Positions 17,573 through 25,497 of a DNA stretch of 36,782 bases are shown here, one piece after another. Position 1 is the stretch's first letter, and each line of letters begins with the position of its first letter. The stretch comes from an uncultured Desulfobacteraceae bacterium (lineage in GTDB: Bacteria; Desulfobacterota; Desulfobacteria; Desulfobacterales; SURF-15), in contig CAYSUA010000001.1 in assembly GCA_964433795.1 (NCBI GenBank), forward strand, positions 1-36,782, read 5' to 3'. The translations under genes were made by a program, and so were the position numbers. The notes under the pieces are model-generated. The model was not told the DNA's origin. It saw only the letters and a program-made list of their open reading frames with translations, and did no database searches.

Positions 17573-18715
17573 ATGGCCTTTGATCTATTGTTGAAGGGAG
17601 GGACGTTGATCGACCCGTCTCAAGGTATTCACGGGGTAAAGGACATCGCTTTTACGGACGGAAAAGTTGCGGCTGTGGCCGACGATCTCGGACAACCGGA
17701 AACCAAGCAGATTATCGACTGCTCAAACCGGTTCGTCTCTCCCGGATGGGTCGATCTGCACGTTCATGCATTTTGGGGTTGCAGTCACTACGGCATCGAG
17801 CCGGATCCTTATTTTATCACAAACGGTGTTACCACCGCGCTGGATGTGGGGTCTGCCGGCGCTGATACATTTGCGGGGTTTCGCCGATATGTCATCGAGG
17901 CCAGCGACACCAGACTGTTTGCCTATCTCCACATTTCCTCGATGGGTATGCTTTCCGGAGAAATCGGCGAACTGAAGTACATGGCCTATGCTGATGTGGG
18001 AAAGGCGGTGGAGACGGTTGAACAGCACCGGGATATTATCTTGGGTATCAAGGTCCGTTTGACCAGAGATCTTGTGGATCAGACGGCCGGTATTCAACCG
18101 CTTTATCTCGCCCGAAAAGCTGCGGATGAAGTGGGATTACCGGTCATGGTGCACCCGAATGACGCCTGGTCGGATTCCCTCGACGATATTTTGTCCGTCA
18201 TGCGAACGGGAGATATTCTGACCCACTGCTTCCATGGGTACGGCTGCGGGATCTTGGATTCAAACGGCAAGGTCCGGAATACCGTCCTTGAAGCAAGAGA
18301 ACGGGGAATTCTTTTCGATGTGGGACACGGCAGGGGGAGTTTTAAATGGGAGGTGGTGGATCAAGCCATTGAGCAGGACCTGCTTCCGCAGACTATCTCA
18401 AGTGATTTGCATATATACAGTCTTAACGGACCCGTGTTCGATCTTGCCACCACCATAAGCAAATTTTTGCATCTGGGTTTATCCCTGGATCAAGTCATCG
18501 AAAGGGTTACCCAGAACCCCGCAGAGGCTATGGGTATGTCCGGAAGGATCGGAACACTCAAGGATGGGGCCTGTGGAGATGCGGTTGTTTTTGATATGGA
18601 AGAGGGCGAATTCGATTTTTACGATGCTCATGATCATTGCCGGAAGGGGCAACAGCGAATCGTACCCGCCACGGTGGTTCGGGCCGGACTTGTGTATGAT
18701 TCGTCTTTCATTTGA
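17573..18715 (+). CDS. Amidohydrolase/deacetylase-family metallohydrolase (dihydroorotase-like fold)
   Basis: 380 aa with 'LLKGGTLIDP', the HxH motif 'VDLHVHAF', and later His/Asp positions ('VMVHPND', 'THCFHG', 'SSDLH'). Confidence 0.78.
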   Translation: MAFDLLLKGGTLIDPSQGIHGVKDIAFTDGKVAAVADDLGQPETKQIIDCSNRFVSPGWVDLHVHAFWGCSHYGIEPDPYFITNGVTTALDVGSAGADTFAGFRRYVIEASDTRLFAYLHISSMGMLSGEIGELKYMAYADVGKAVETVEQHRDIILGIKVRLTRDLVDQTAGIQPLYLARKAADEVGLPVMVHPNDAWSDSLDDILSVMRTGDILTHCFHGYGCGILDSNGKVRNTVLEARERGILFDVGHGRGSFKWEVVDQAIEQDLLPQTISSDLHIYSLNGPVFDLATTISKFLHLGLSLDQVIERVTQNPAEAMGMSGRIGTLKDGACGDAVVFDMEEGEFDFYDAHDHCRKGQQRIVPATVVRAGLVYDSSFI

Positions 18716-19475
18716 TCGTAAAATTGAAATAGGTTTTCGGAAATGGTTCGTTTCTAAATGTGTAATGCCACCATTCTTTTCTGTAGTTTCTGAAACCGTA
18801 TTTTTCCATGACAGCTTTCAGCATTAAACGGTTTTGGCGTTGTATGGGGCCGACCCTGTTGCTGGCTGTCCATGACAGCGGATGGAAGCAATCGAATCCG
18901 GTCCCCATATCGATACTGTTGTCTTTAAATCTCTTCTCTGCCGGTTTGTGACATTCACACATCCCCTTTGCATAAGGCTCCTGGGGCGGCAAGGGAAGCG
19001 GCACAATGGTCAGATCCACCGCACTGCCCCTGCTGTGCGCCGATTTTTTCGCAATATACCCTTTTCGGAAAAGTTCTGCTTTGCGAATGGTGGAATAGAA
19101 TTCTTTTTTCATTTTGATATCATTTGCGTCTTTTGCCCATCTTATAAAATGGTTGACTGCCCGTTGAGGCCGGTAACCATCATAGATCTTCAGCGACATG
19201 GAAAATTTCAGAAGCTCGGCTTGAACTTTTTTTAATGCCAGGGCCGCCGTACGGGTGAGCAGGCACTTCGGTGCTGAATATCCATCGATGGGCGTTCCCA
19301 CAAAGTTGTGTGAAGAATAATATCGAATATCCAGGACGATGGAAGGGATGACGGTCTTGACGTCCACAAACCCTTTCTGCGTTTCCGCCCGGCAAGGGGA
19401 GATAAGGTATAAACACAAGATGGTTAAGCAGATGCCGAATTTTATAAATAACCGACCAGCCATATCGGTTGGCAT
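18708..19475 (-). CDS. ddpX: D-alanyl-D-alanine dipeptidase (VanX/DdpX-like, peptidase M15D) with N-terminal signal sequence
   Basis: Zn/catalytic motifs 'SAHSRGSAVDL' and 'EWWHYT', plus 'YDGYRPQRAV'. The hydrophobic N-terminus 'FGICLTILCLYLISPCRA' looks like a signal peptide. Confidence 0.82.
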   Translation of the reverse strand: MPTDMAGRLFIKFGICLTILCLYLISPCRAETQKGFVDVKTVIPSIVLDIRYYSSHNFVGTPIDGYSAPKCLLTRTAALALKKVQAELLKFSMSLKIYDGYRPQRAVNHFIRWAKDANDIKMKKEFYSTIRKAELFRKGYIAKKSAHSRGSAVDLTIVPLPLPPQEPYAKGMCECHKPAEKRFKDNSIDMGTGFDCFHPLSWTASNRVGPIQRQNRLMLKAVMEKYGFRNYRKEWWHYTFRNEPFPKTYFNFTIK

Positions 19476-19492
19476 TTCTCAATTGCCTCGTT

Positions 19493-20200
19493 TTATATGA
19501 ACAGCTCTCTTAATTGCAGCAAGCTCTTGATTGTTCGGACATCCTTGGGTTTTGATGAATCGCTGTTTCGATTGGAAGCATCTTTCGATTCATCCAAATC
19601 AAAGTCATAGGCGTATCCGTTTTTAACCGGCACCCTTCTTTGAATGAGTATCGGAACGATGGATGCCGCTTGCGCGCCCGTTACATCTTCATCCGTGTCT
19701 CCGATGTAAACAACTTCGTGGGGCTTAAGGTCGGTCTTTTCAAGAGCGATGTTAAAGATCCCGGGGTCCGGTTTTTTTAATTCCACCTCGCCGGAAATAA
19801 CGACCACATCCAGAAGGGGTTCCAACCCCTTTTCTGTAATAAGCGTATAAATATGGGGGGGATGATCGAAGTTGGTGATTAGGCCGACAACTTTCGATTG
19901 TTTGATTTCTTTAAGAACAGTAATAGCATTCGGGGCCAATGAAATCTGCTTTTGCCAGATGGCAGCAGTGGTTCCGGCGATTTTCTTTATCTCTTTCGGT
20001 TCCACCGATAAATCCAAGTCATTGCATTGATCCTGTATTCTAAGTTCATAAACCGTTAGATTGTCATTTTCTTTCTTGGGCGCTTTTCTACTGAAAAAAC
20101 CGTTACAGCATCCGGCAAATTCTTCCTGGGGCATTGTCAGCCCGTTATGCTTCAATAGGGAATGAAATTCCGAAAGCCAGTCCGACCAGGCCTGCTCCAT
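19493..20200 (-). CDS. HAD-superfamily hydrolase (subfamily IA-like); N-terminus unresolved
   Basis: It has motif II 'GLITNFD', the motif III Lys 'KKPDPGIF' and motif IV 'YIGDTDEDV'. Motif I with the nucleophile Asp ('VFFDLFGTLL') is encoded in the same frame upstream (20201-20272), where there is no ATG/GTG/TTG start (see findings). Coordinates given are the minimal ATG-started ORF. Confidence 0.7.
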   Translation of the reverse strand: MEQAWSDWLSEFHSLLKHNGLTMPQEEFAGCCNGFFSRKAPKKENDNLTVYELRIQDQCNDLDLSVEPKEIKKIAGTTAAIWQKQISLAPNAITVLKEIKQSKVVGLITNFDHPPHIYTLITEKGLEPLLDVVVISGEVELKKPDPGIFNIALEKTDLKPHEVVYIGDTDEDVTGAQAASIVPILIQRRVPVKNGYAYDFDLDESKDASNRNSDSSKPKDVRTIKSLLQLRELFI

Positions 20201-20272
20201 GTCCCCATAAATGAGCAGCGTGCCGAATAAATCAAAGAAAACCCCTTTGACCGTAATTTTTCTTCCCCCCCA

Positions 20273-20776
20273 TTACCCAGTTTTTCCGGTGGCATCCAAT
20301 GGTTTGATCATCCGCAATGCGTTTACTTTCCGATTCGGGAAATGACAGAATGCTTCCCCCTTTGGAACAAAGCCGACACTTTCGTAAAATCCGCTGTTGT
20401 ACTTGGGAATTATTGTGTCCACGATAATTTCTTCTGTCCCCGGCCAGTGGGTGACAATCCATTCTTCCATGAACCGAATACAGAGTTTTCCGATGCCCCT
20501 CTGGAGATGTGTCAACCTGACAAACAGTAGGGGAAGTTCCGCTGAACGATTGTTTATTTGGTTGAAGGTGAAAAAAGCCATCCGCTCGTCTTTTTCCGTT
20601 ACGATAAAAAAGGGTTGTTCCCCGGCCATCTGAACATAATCGCCTGGCATGAAAGCGTTTACGCATTCGGCGATGATTTCGGGTTCGAGTTCATCTCGAA
20701 ACTTCACAATGTAGGCTTCTGCTCGAGTTTTAAGGCAAAACTCGGCATCTTTCGGTTCAAAGGGACGGATGATCAT
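20273..20776 (-). CDS. GNAT-family N-acetyltransferase
   Basis: 167 aa with the acetyl-CoA binding motif 'LQRGIGKLCIRFMEEW' and typical GNAT length and topology. Confidence 0.85.
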   Translation of the reverse strand: MIIRPFEPKDAEFCLKTRAEAYIVKFRDELEPEIIAECVNAFMPGDYVQMAGEQPFFIVTEKDERMAFFTFNQINNRSAELPLLFVRLTHLQRGIGKLCIRFMEEWIVTHWPGTEEIIVDTIIPKYNSGFYESVGFVPKGEAFCHFPNRKVNALRMIKPLDATGKTG

Positions 20777-20844
20777 ATTACACTTTCCCGGTTATCAACT
20801 CTACGCAAGTTAATATTAGCGCCGGCACCTGACACCCGAAACCT

Positions 20845-21819
20845 TTATCCGACCAATTTCCCGTCTTCTATCAGAATTTTCCCATCCAAAAATACGGTGG
20901 GGTTGGGGATGATCACATCGTAATGGGTAGATGCTTTGGTGGTTCCACCGAGGTTGGAACTGGTCCCGATTCCGATATGAATGGTGCCCAATACCCCCTC
21001 ATCGTTTAGCATGACACCGGTGAGTTCCGTGCAGAGGGGATTCAAGCCGATGGCGAACTGGGCGATGTTATAGACAAACTTGTCGTTTTGATCCGCCATC
21101 AGGTTGCGGATGACTTGGGCCTGGGCGCCACCGTCAATCTCGTAAATGAAGCCGTCTTTGACCTTGAAGGTGACGGGTTCTGTGAGAACTCCGATATCAT
21201 AATAGGGTATGCTGCCGTCTGAGACGATGACGCCGTTTGTCGTTCCCTCAACCGGGGAGGTGTTAGCCTCGATATTCGGTACCGCAGTGAAGCCTGGAGA
21301 ATCGACAATGCAGCAATGAGAGTTTCCGTCTCTTCCCTCAACACTAAATGTGAGATCCATTCCGAGTTGAGTCGTTACCCGTATTGTTTTGGCGTCTGTC
21401 AGGCGTTTAGCCACGCTGTCACATACCGGTTTTTCTTTTCTGAAATCTGCGAAAAGACCGCCGTTCATCATCTGTTCTTCCGTAAAGGCGGTCATTGATA
21501 TGACACGGGCGCCCCCTTCGGTTATGGCGATTCGGGTAGCATCGGTGTGGGCAAGGGACTTTGAAACCGGCATGATCACACAATCTGCCGCTTTCATTGC
21601 CTCGGCTACCGGAATCGGGGGTTCCGCCCCGTCGATATCGGTGGGAGATATGACCATAATTATTGCTTCGGCATCCAGTTCGGTTACTGCAGAGGCAATA
21701 GTCTCGGCGATATGGACTTTAAGAAAATCGGTAACGATCAGCACGGTTTCTTCGGGCTTTACGGATGCACACTGTTCCGCGAGAATCCTTGCCCCTTTGG
21801 CCATTAATATTTGTTTCAT
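20845..21819 (-). CDS. M29 (AmpS/aminopeptidase T)-like or NicX-like metalloprotein
   Basis: 324 aa. The N-terminus 'AKGARILAEQCASVKPEETVLIVTD' and C-terminus 'NDEGVLGTIHIGIGTSSNLGGTTKASTHYDVII...LDGKILIEDGKLV' resemble the M29 family end motifs. This is recognised by eye only. Its ATG overlaps the upstream stop (ATGA). Confidence 0.55.
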   Translation of the reverse strand: MKQILMAKGARILAEQCASVKPEETVLIVTDFLKVHIAETIASAVTELDAEAIIMVISPTDIDGAEPPIPVAEAMKAADCVIMPVSKSLAHTDATRIAITEGGARVISMTAFTEEQMMNGGLFADFRKEKPVCDSVAKRLTDAKTIRVTTQLGMDLTFSVEGRDGNSHCCIVDSPGFTAVPNIEANTSPVEGTTNGVIVSDGSIPYYDIGVLTEPVTFKVKDGFIYEIDGGAQAQVIRNLMADQNDKFVYNIAQFAIGLNPLCTELTGVMLNDEGVLGTIHIGIGTSSNLGGTTKASTHYDVIIPNPTVFLDGKILIEDGKLVG

Positions 21820-22316
21820 TCGTACTCCTGAGTCTCGTGGTATTTGTATTCAATCTCGATCCCGGCCTGTTCGAACATTTCCTCCGACTCTTTTGCCTGG
21901 TGGTATCGTCGTTCACAAACCACCCGTGTGATACCGCAGTTGATCAACAGCATGGCACACGTTCGGCACGGCGTCATGCGGCAATAAAGAGTGGCACCCT
22001 CTATGGATATGCCGAGCTTTGCGGCCTGGCATATTGCGTTCTGCTCGGCATGAACGGTTCGCACGCAGTGTTCGGAGATTTCCCCGTTTTCATGGGTCAT
22101 TTTTTTGATTTGATGTCCCGCATCATCGCAGTGGGTGAAACCCATGGGTGAGCCGACATATCCGGTCACAAGGATTTGCTTGTTCCTTGCGATCACGCAA
22201 CCGCTTCTTCCGCGATCGCATGTCGCCCTTTTGGAAACGGCATGGGCCACTTCCATGAAATAATCATCCCAGGTCGGACGTTGGTATTTTTCTGAACCAG
22301 TATCTTCAGCAGCCAT
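21816..22316 (-). CDS. Deoxycytidylate (dCMP) deaminase / CMP-dCMP deaminase zinc-binding protein
   Basis: Trimmed to ATG 22316 (RBS gaggag 8 nt upstream; the track TTG 22331 is less likely). It has the zinc motifs 'VHAEQNAI' and 'TPCRTCAMLLINCG'. Confidence 0.88.
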   Translation of the reverse strand: MAAEDTGSEKYQRPTWDDYFMEVAHAVSKRATCDRGRSGCVIARNKQILVTGYVGSPMGFTHCDDAGHQIKKMTHENGEISEHCVRTVHAEQNAICQAAKLGISIEGATLYCRMTPCRTCAMLLINCGITRVVCERRYHQAKESEEMFEQAGIEIEYKYHETQEYE

Positions 22317-22390
22317 GGTGTTGCTCCTCAAATGTGTGTGTTAACAAACCAACCTGGACAAGCCGGTTGGAGCGAAGCGATTCAATAAGT

Positions 22391-22593
22391 CCCGATTTAT
22401 CGGGGAAATTCCAAATCACAAATATCAAATTCCAAACAAATCACAATGACCGAAATTCAAAATCCCAAACATGCTCATGACATTGAAAAAATAAACATAT
22501 CAAAAATGTTTTGGTCATTGGATATTGTAATTTGTTATTTATTTGTAATTTGGTGCTTGTTATTTGAAATTTTAATCCCGATTTCATCGGGAT
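22391..22593. repeat. Long AT-rich imperfect palindrome capped by GC hairpins, between ddl and the dCMP-deaminase operon
   Basis: The terminal mini-hairpins are 'cccgatttatcgggg' (22391-22405) and 'atcccgatttcatcgggat' (22575-22593). The arm 'aaattccaaatcacaaatatcaaattccaaacaaatcacaatgaccgaaa' matches the reverse complement of 'ttttggtcattggatattgtaatttgttatttatttgtaatttggtgcttgttatttgaaatttt'. Confidence 0.75.
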
Positions 22594-22669
22594 GTATTAG
22601 TTTTTTACTTAAGATGCAAAGAAATGACAATTTAGACTCTAATAGTCATGCGGCTAAATGTAATCGGAG

Positions 22670-23767
22670 TTATAAGTAGGCGGTCTTAAGTTTTTTCTCC
22701 TTTTGATATCGATCGATGGCAAGTTCAATCAGTCTTCCGATCAGGTCGGTGTAGGAAATGCCGCTGGCTTCCCAGAGTTTCGGATACATGCTGATGGATG
22801 TAAACCCGGGAAGGGTATTGATCTCGTTTACAATGATTTCATCACTGTCTGTGAGAAAAGCATCCACCCGTGCCATGCCTTCACAGGACAGGACTTTAAA
22901 GGTACGGATTGCCATATCTTGGACGTTTTCGATTATATTACCCGGAAGGTCGGCTGGAATTTCAAGACCCGCCCCGTTTTCATCGATATATTTTGCCTCA
23001 TAGGAATAGAAATCATGGTGGGGGATAACTTCCCCCGGTACAGACGCGATGGGGTCTTCATTTCCCAGAACCGAACACTCTATCTCCCTGCCGTTGATCG
23101 ACTCTTCTATGATAACTTTCAGGTCATATTCGAAAGCTCCTTCGACTGCCTGTGTATACTCCTCCTGGGTGTGGACTTTATACACGCCTACGGAAGACCC
23201 CATATTTGCGGGTTTAACAAAGAATGGACTACCGAAGGCTTCGATTACGTCAGCATAATCGGGCACGGGTTCTCCGGATCGGGCCACCATAAAATCTGCG
23301 ATGGGAATTTGAGCGTCCCGCAAAAGCCGTTTCATGACATCTTTGTCCATGCCTACTGCCGAACCCACTACTCCGGCGCCGACAAATGGTATATCCGCCA
23401 ATTTCAATAGACCCTGGACGGTTCCGTCTTCACCGAACGGCCCGTGAAGGATGGGAAACACCACTTCCACCGCCTGGCTGAAGTCGCTTCTGGACAGGTT
23501 TGAAATCTCTCCCTCGCTCTGGGGGACAAGGGCCACACTGTCGCTGGCCTGATTGAGGCGAATGAGTTTCGGATTGTCGGAATTCAACAGGAAATTGGAG
23601 CTTTCATTCAGCAGCCATTTCCCTGATTTATCGATACCGATCAGCACGGGTTCATACTTGTCCCTGTTGATGGCATCGATCACATTTTTTGCAGACTGCA
23701 GGGAGACTTCATGTTCTGCAGATTTTCCTCCGAACAATATGCCGACTCTGATTTTTTTCGTTTGCAT
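22670..23767 (-). CDS. ddl: D-alanine--D-alanine ligase (DdlA-type, ATP-grasp)
   Basis: 365 aa with 'VGILFGGKSAEHEVSLQSA', 'HGPFGEDGTVQGLL', the omega-loop 'FYSYEAKYIDENG' (Lys-Tyr retained) and 'NEINTLPGFT'. Confidence 0.93.
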   Translation of the reverse strand: MQTKKIRVGILFGGKSAEHEVSLQSAKNVIDAINRDKYEPVLIGIDKSGKWLLNESSNFLLNSDNPKLIRLNQASDSVALVPQSEGEISNLSRSDFSQAVEVVFPILHGPFGEDGTVQGLLKLADIPFVGAGVVGSAVGMDKDVMKRLLRDAQIPIADFMVARSGEPVPDYADVIEAFGSPFFVKPANMGSSVGVYKVHTQEEYTQAVEGAFEYDLKVIIEESINGREIECSVLGNEDPIASVPGEVIPHHDFYSYEAKYIDENGAGLEIPADLPGNIIENVQDMAIRTFKVLSCEGMARVDAFLTDSDEIIVNEINTLPGFTSISMYPKLWEASGISYTDLIGRLIELAIDRYQKEKKLKTAYL

Positions 23768-23802
23768 GCTTTCGTCCTTTTATTTTGTAAATTAATAGTC
23801 CA

Positions 23803-24141
23803 CTATCTCCCTATAATTTCATTCAATCCTTCGATGACAAGAGTCAATTCTTCTTCTGAAGCGCTTGCAATTCTCTTTCCAACGCGTTTGACAGAAAGCG
23901 TGCGAACTTGGCTTATTTTAACCCAAGATTTTTTTGGAAGCTTTGACTCGGTTAACTCCAGTGTCAAAGGGAATCCAGCACGTTGTTCTTGGCTGGTAAT
24001 GGCGACGGCGATGACGGTACCTGATCTATCGTTAAAAACATTGTGGCTTAAAATAAGAACAGGGCGCGAACTGCCCTGTTCACTACCAATTACGGGATTT
24101 AGATCAGCCCAATGGATATTGCCTCTCAGTATTCTGGCCAT
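23803..24141 (-). CDS. mazF: Type II toxin, MazF/PemK-family mRNA interferase
   Basis: '[32 protein letters not shown]...VIAVAITSQ' is the canonical MazF/PemK pattern. It overlaps the upstream antitoxin gene by 16 nt. Confidence 0.88.
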   Translation of the reverse strand: MARILRGNIHWADLNPVIGSEQGSSRPVLILSHNVFNDRSGTVIAVAITSQEQRAGFPLTLELTESKLPKKSWVKISQVRTLSVKRVGKRIASASEEELTLVIEGLNEIIGR

Positions 24142-24368
24142 TCTTCCAACTCCAGTGTAAACCCCTCTTCAGCTATAGCTTGTTCAAATTTTGGATCAAG
24201 CTTCGAACATTCTTGGGCGAGACGGCTTTTTTCCATACGCGTGAGTTTTTCTCTAACAGCTTCTTGGATAGCCTTGCTCCGGTTGGGAAAAATATCGGAT
24301 CGAACAAGATTGTCTAAACGTTTCAAAAGGTTATTATCAATAGTTATTGCAATTTTATGTGCTGCCAT
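24126..24368 (-). CDS. Ribbon-helix-helix (CopG/MazE-like) antitoxin
   Basis: 80 aa. The RHH pattern is '[18 protein letters not shown]...[14 protein letters not shown]', with an acidic C-terminal tail '[14 protein letters not shown]'. RBS gaggtga. Confidence 0.75.
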   Translation of the reverse strand: MAAHKIAITIDNNLLKRLDNLVRSDIFPNRSKAIQEAVREKLTRMEKSRLAQECSKLDPKFEQAIAEEGFTLELEEWPEY

Positions 24369-24385
24369 GGGGTCACCTCAAGTAA

Positions 24386-24404
24386 GTATGATAATATATC
24401 ATAC
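24386..24404 (-). promoter_or_regulatory. Candidate operator palindrome upstream of the RHH antitoxin/mazF genes
   Basis: 8-bp inverted repeat 'gtatgata ata tatcatac', 18-36 nt upstream of ATG 24368. It is AT-rich and overlaps a possible -10 region. Confidence 0.35.
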
Positions 24405-24508
24405 CGCCCTGGGTTGCAAGCATAAATATTTATTACATCATTTAAAAGGAAAGCGCTAAGTAGTATAGAATTTATTTGGATTGTCTGGAATGGTAAATAC
24501 ATGGATTA

Positions 24509-24546
24509 TTGCTATGCACGGTTCATGAATGAACCGTGCATAGCAA
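24509..24546 (-). terminator. Strong hairpin downstream of the hemerythrin gene (possible terminator)
   Basis: Perfect 18-nt inverted repeat 'ttgctatgcacggttcat ga atgaaccgtgcatagcaa', 27 nt after the stop at 24573. There is no clear U-tract on the minus strand, so confidence is moderate. Confidence 0.4.
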
Positions 24547-24572
24547 ATTTTCAGTTGATCAATATGGAGTTG

Positions 24573-24980
24573 TCAGTGCAGGCCGTTTTCGTTGAAGCAT
24601 TGGGTATAGTCTTTGTCGATGCCTTTGATATGGCTCACCAGCCACTCTTTTAAAAAAGACATGACATCCAAAGAGAGCATCATGTGACCGTTGTCGAACC
24701 CGTCTTTGAAAGCCAGCACATTTTTTACGAATTTTGCATGCTCCTTCTTATGGGCAAACGACTTGAGGTAATTAAACTGATCAAAATATTTTTCTTCCAG
24801 AGCAAAATGAACGGCGGCATAGTCCACCATACCGTCGAGGATGCCACCCATTTGGTCCTTGCTTTTTCCCGTCTTCATCGCATCATTCAGGTTGTTAAGC
24901 ATGTCTACCAGTTCATGATGCTGGTTATCGATTACTCCAACCTTTACACTAAGACTATCATCCCATTCAAGAAAAGCCAT
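24573..24980 (-). CDS. Bacteriohemerythrin (hemerythrin-like metal-binding protein)
   Basis: 135 aa. 'FLEWDDSLSVKVGVIDNQHHELV', 'HFALEEKYF', 'HKKEHAKF' and 'WLVSHIKGIDKDY' provide the diiron His/Glu/Asp ligand pattern. Confidence 0.88.
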   Translation of the reverse strand: MAFLEWDDSLSVKVGVIDNQHHELVDMLNNLNDAMKTGKSKDQMGGILDGMVDYAAVHFALEEKYFDQFNYLKSFAHKKEHAKFVKNVLAFKDGFDNGHMMLSLDVMSFLKEWLVSHIKGIDKDYTQCFNENGLH

Positions 24981-25111
24981 TCGTTATCCCCCTTTTTTTC
25001 GCATTATTCGATCATATCTGAAATGATCCGACAAGATTATGCTTAATGTAGTGTTCCCCCCATTATTAATATCGGCCATTGAATAATTTTGTTTAGTAAA
25101 GTAGTTCCTGT

Positions 25112-25334
25112 GATTGAAAATATATATGTTAGCCGCAGACACACACAGACATACGCAGACAATAAAGATTTTTTGCCTGGGCGACTTGCCCAGGCAAAAG
25201 CTTCAAATGCCTTTCAGGCATAAGCGTAATTATTATCGCGAAGCGATTGACTGTTTTTGCCTCCGCAAGTCGCGGAGGCAAAAGGTCCGTGTCCGTCTGT
25301 GTGTGTCGAGCGAACAAAGTGAGCGGGCGGCTAA
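25112..25334 (+). repeat. Structured MITE-like repeat, copy A (206-bp core 25129-25334 plus 16-nt leader)
   Basis: The core starts 'ttagccgcagacacacacagacatacgcagac' and ends 'gtccgtgtccgtctgtgtgtgtcgagcg...gcggctaa'. This gives an 8-bp terminal inverted repeat (TTAGCCGC/GCGGCTAA) and complementary CA/GT-rich arms. It contains four internal hairpins and is near-identical to 32492-32763 and 36746-36782. Confidence 0.85.
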
Positions 25335-25497
25335 TAAAAAACGTTTCTCTAAGAATCAATATCTAACATGCTTGAATCATAAAGATTTTTTTCAACTTCA
25401 AATCAATTAATACCAACTAAATCGGAGAAGAACCAAAGTTAAAAGTCGAAGAAGCTGGTAGCTTAAGACTGAACTCCCAGGGGTCATTTGAGTCAAT

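Noticed and set aside
22446-22679. 77-aa ORF (MTEIQNPKHAHDIEK...) in the ddl / dCMP-deaminase gap.
   Set aside because: It lies entirely within the AT-rich palindromic element. Its hydrophobic, low-complexity translation reflects the repeat units, and there is no RBS.
18708-23767. A possible vancomycin-resistance-type cluster (VanX-like dipeptidase plus a ddl ligase nearby).
   Set aside because: There is no vanH, vanR/S or vanY. The ligase keeps the omega-loop Lys-Tyr ('EAKY') characteristic of D-Ala-D-Ala ligases rather than D-Ala-D-Lac ligases. The two genes are separated by four unrelated genes and an intergenic palindrome.
25114-25410. 98-aa (+) and 76-aa (-) ORFs inside repeat copy A.
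   Set aside because: They are generated by the repeat sequence itself. The hairpin-rich, low-complexity translation is duplicated wherever the repeat occurs, and neither has an RBS.
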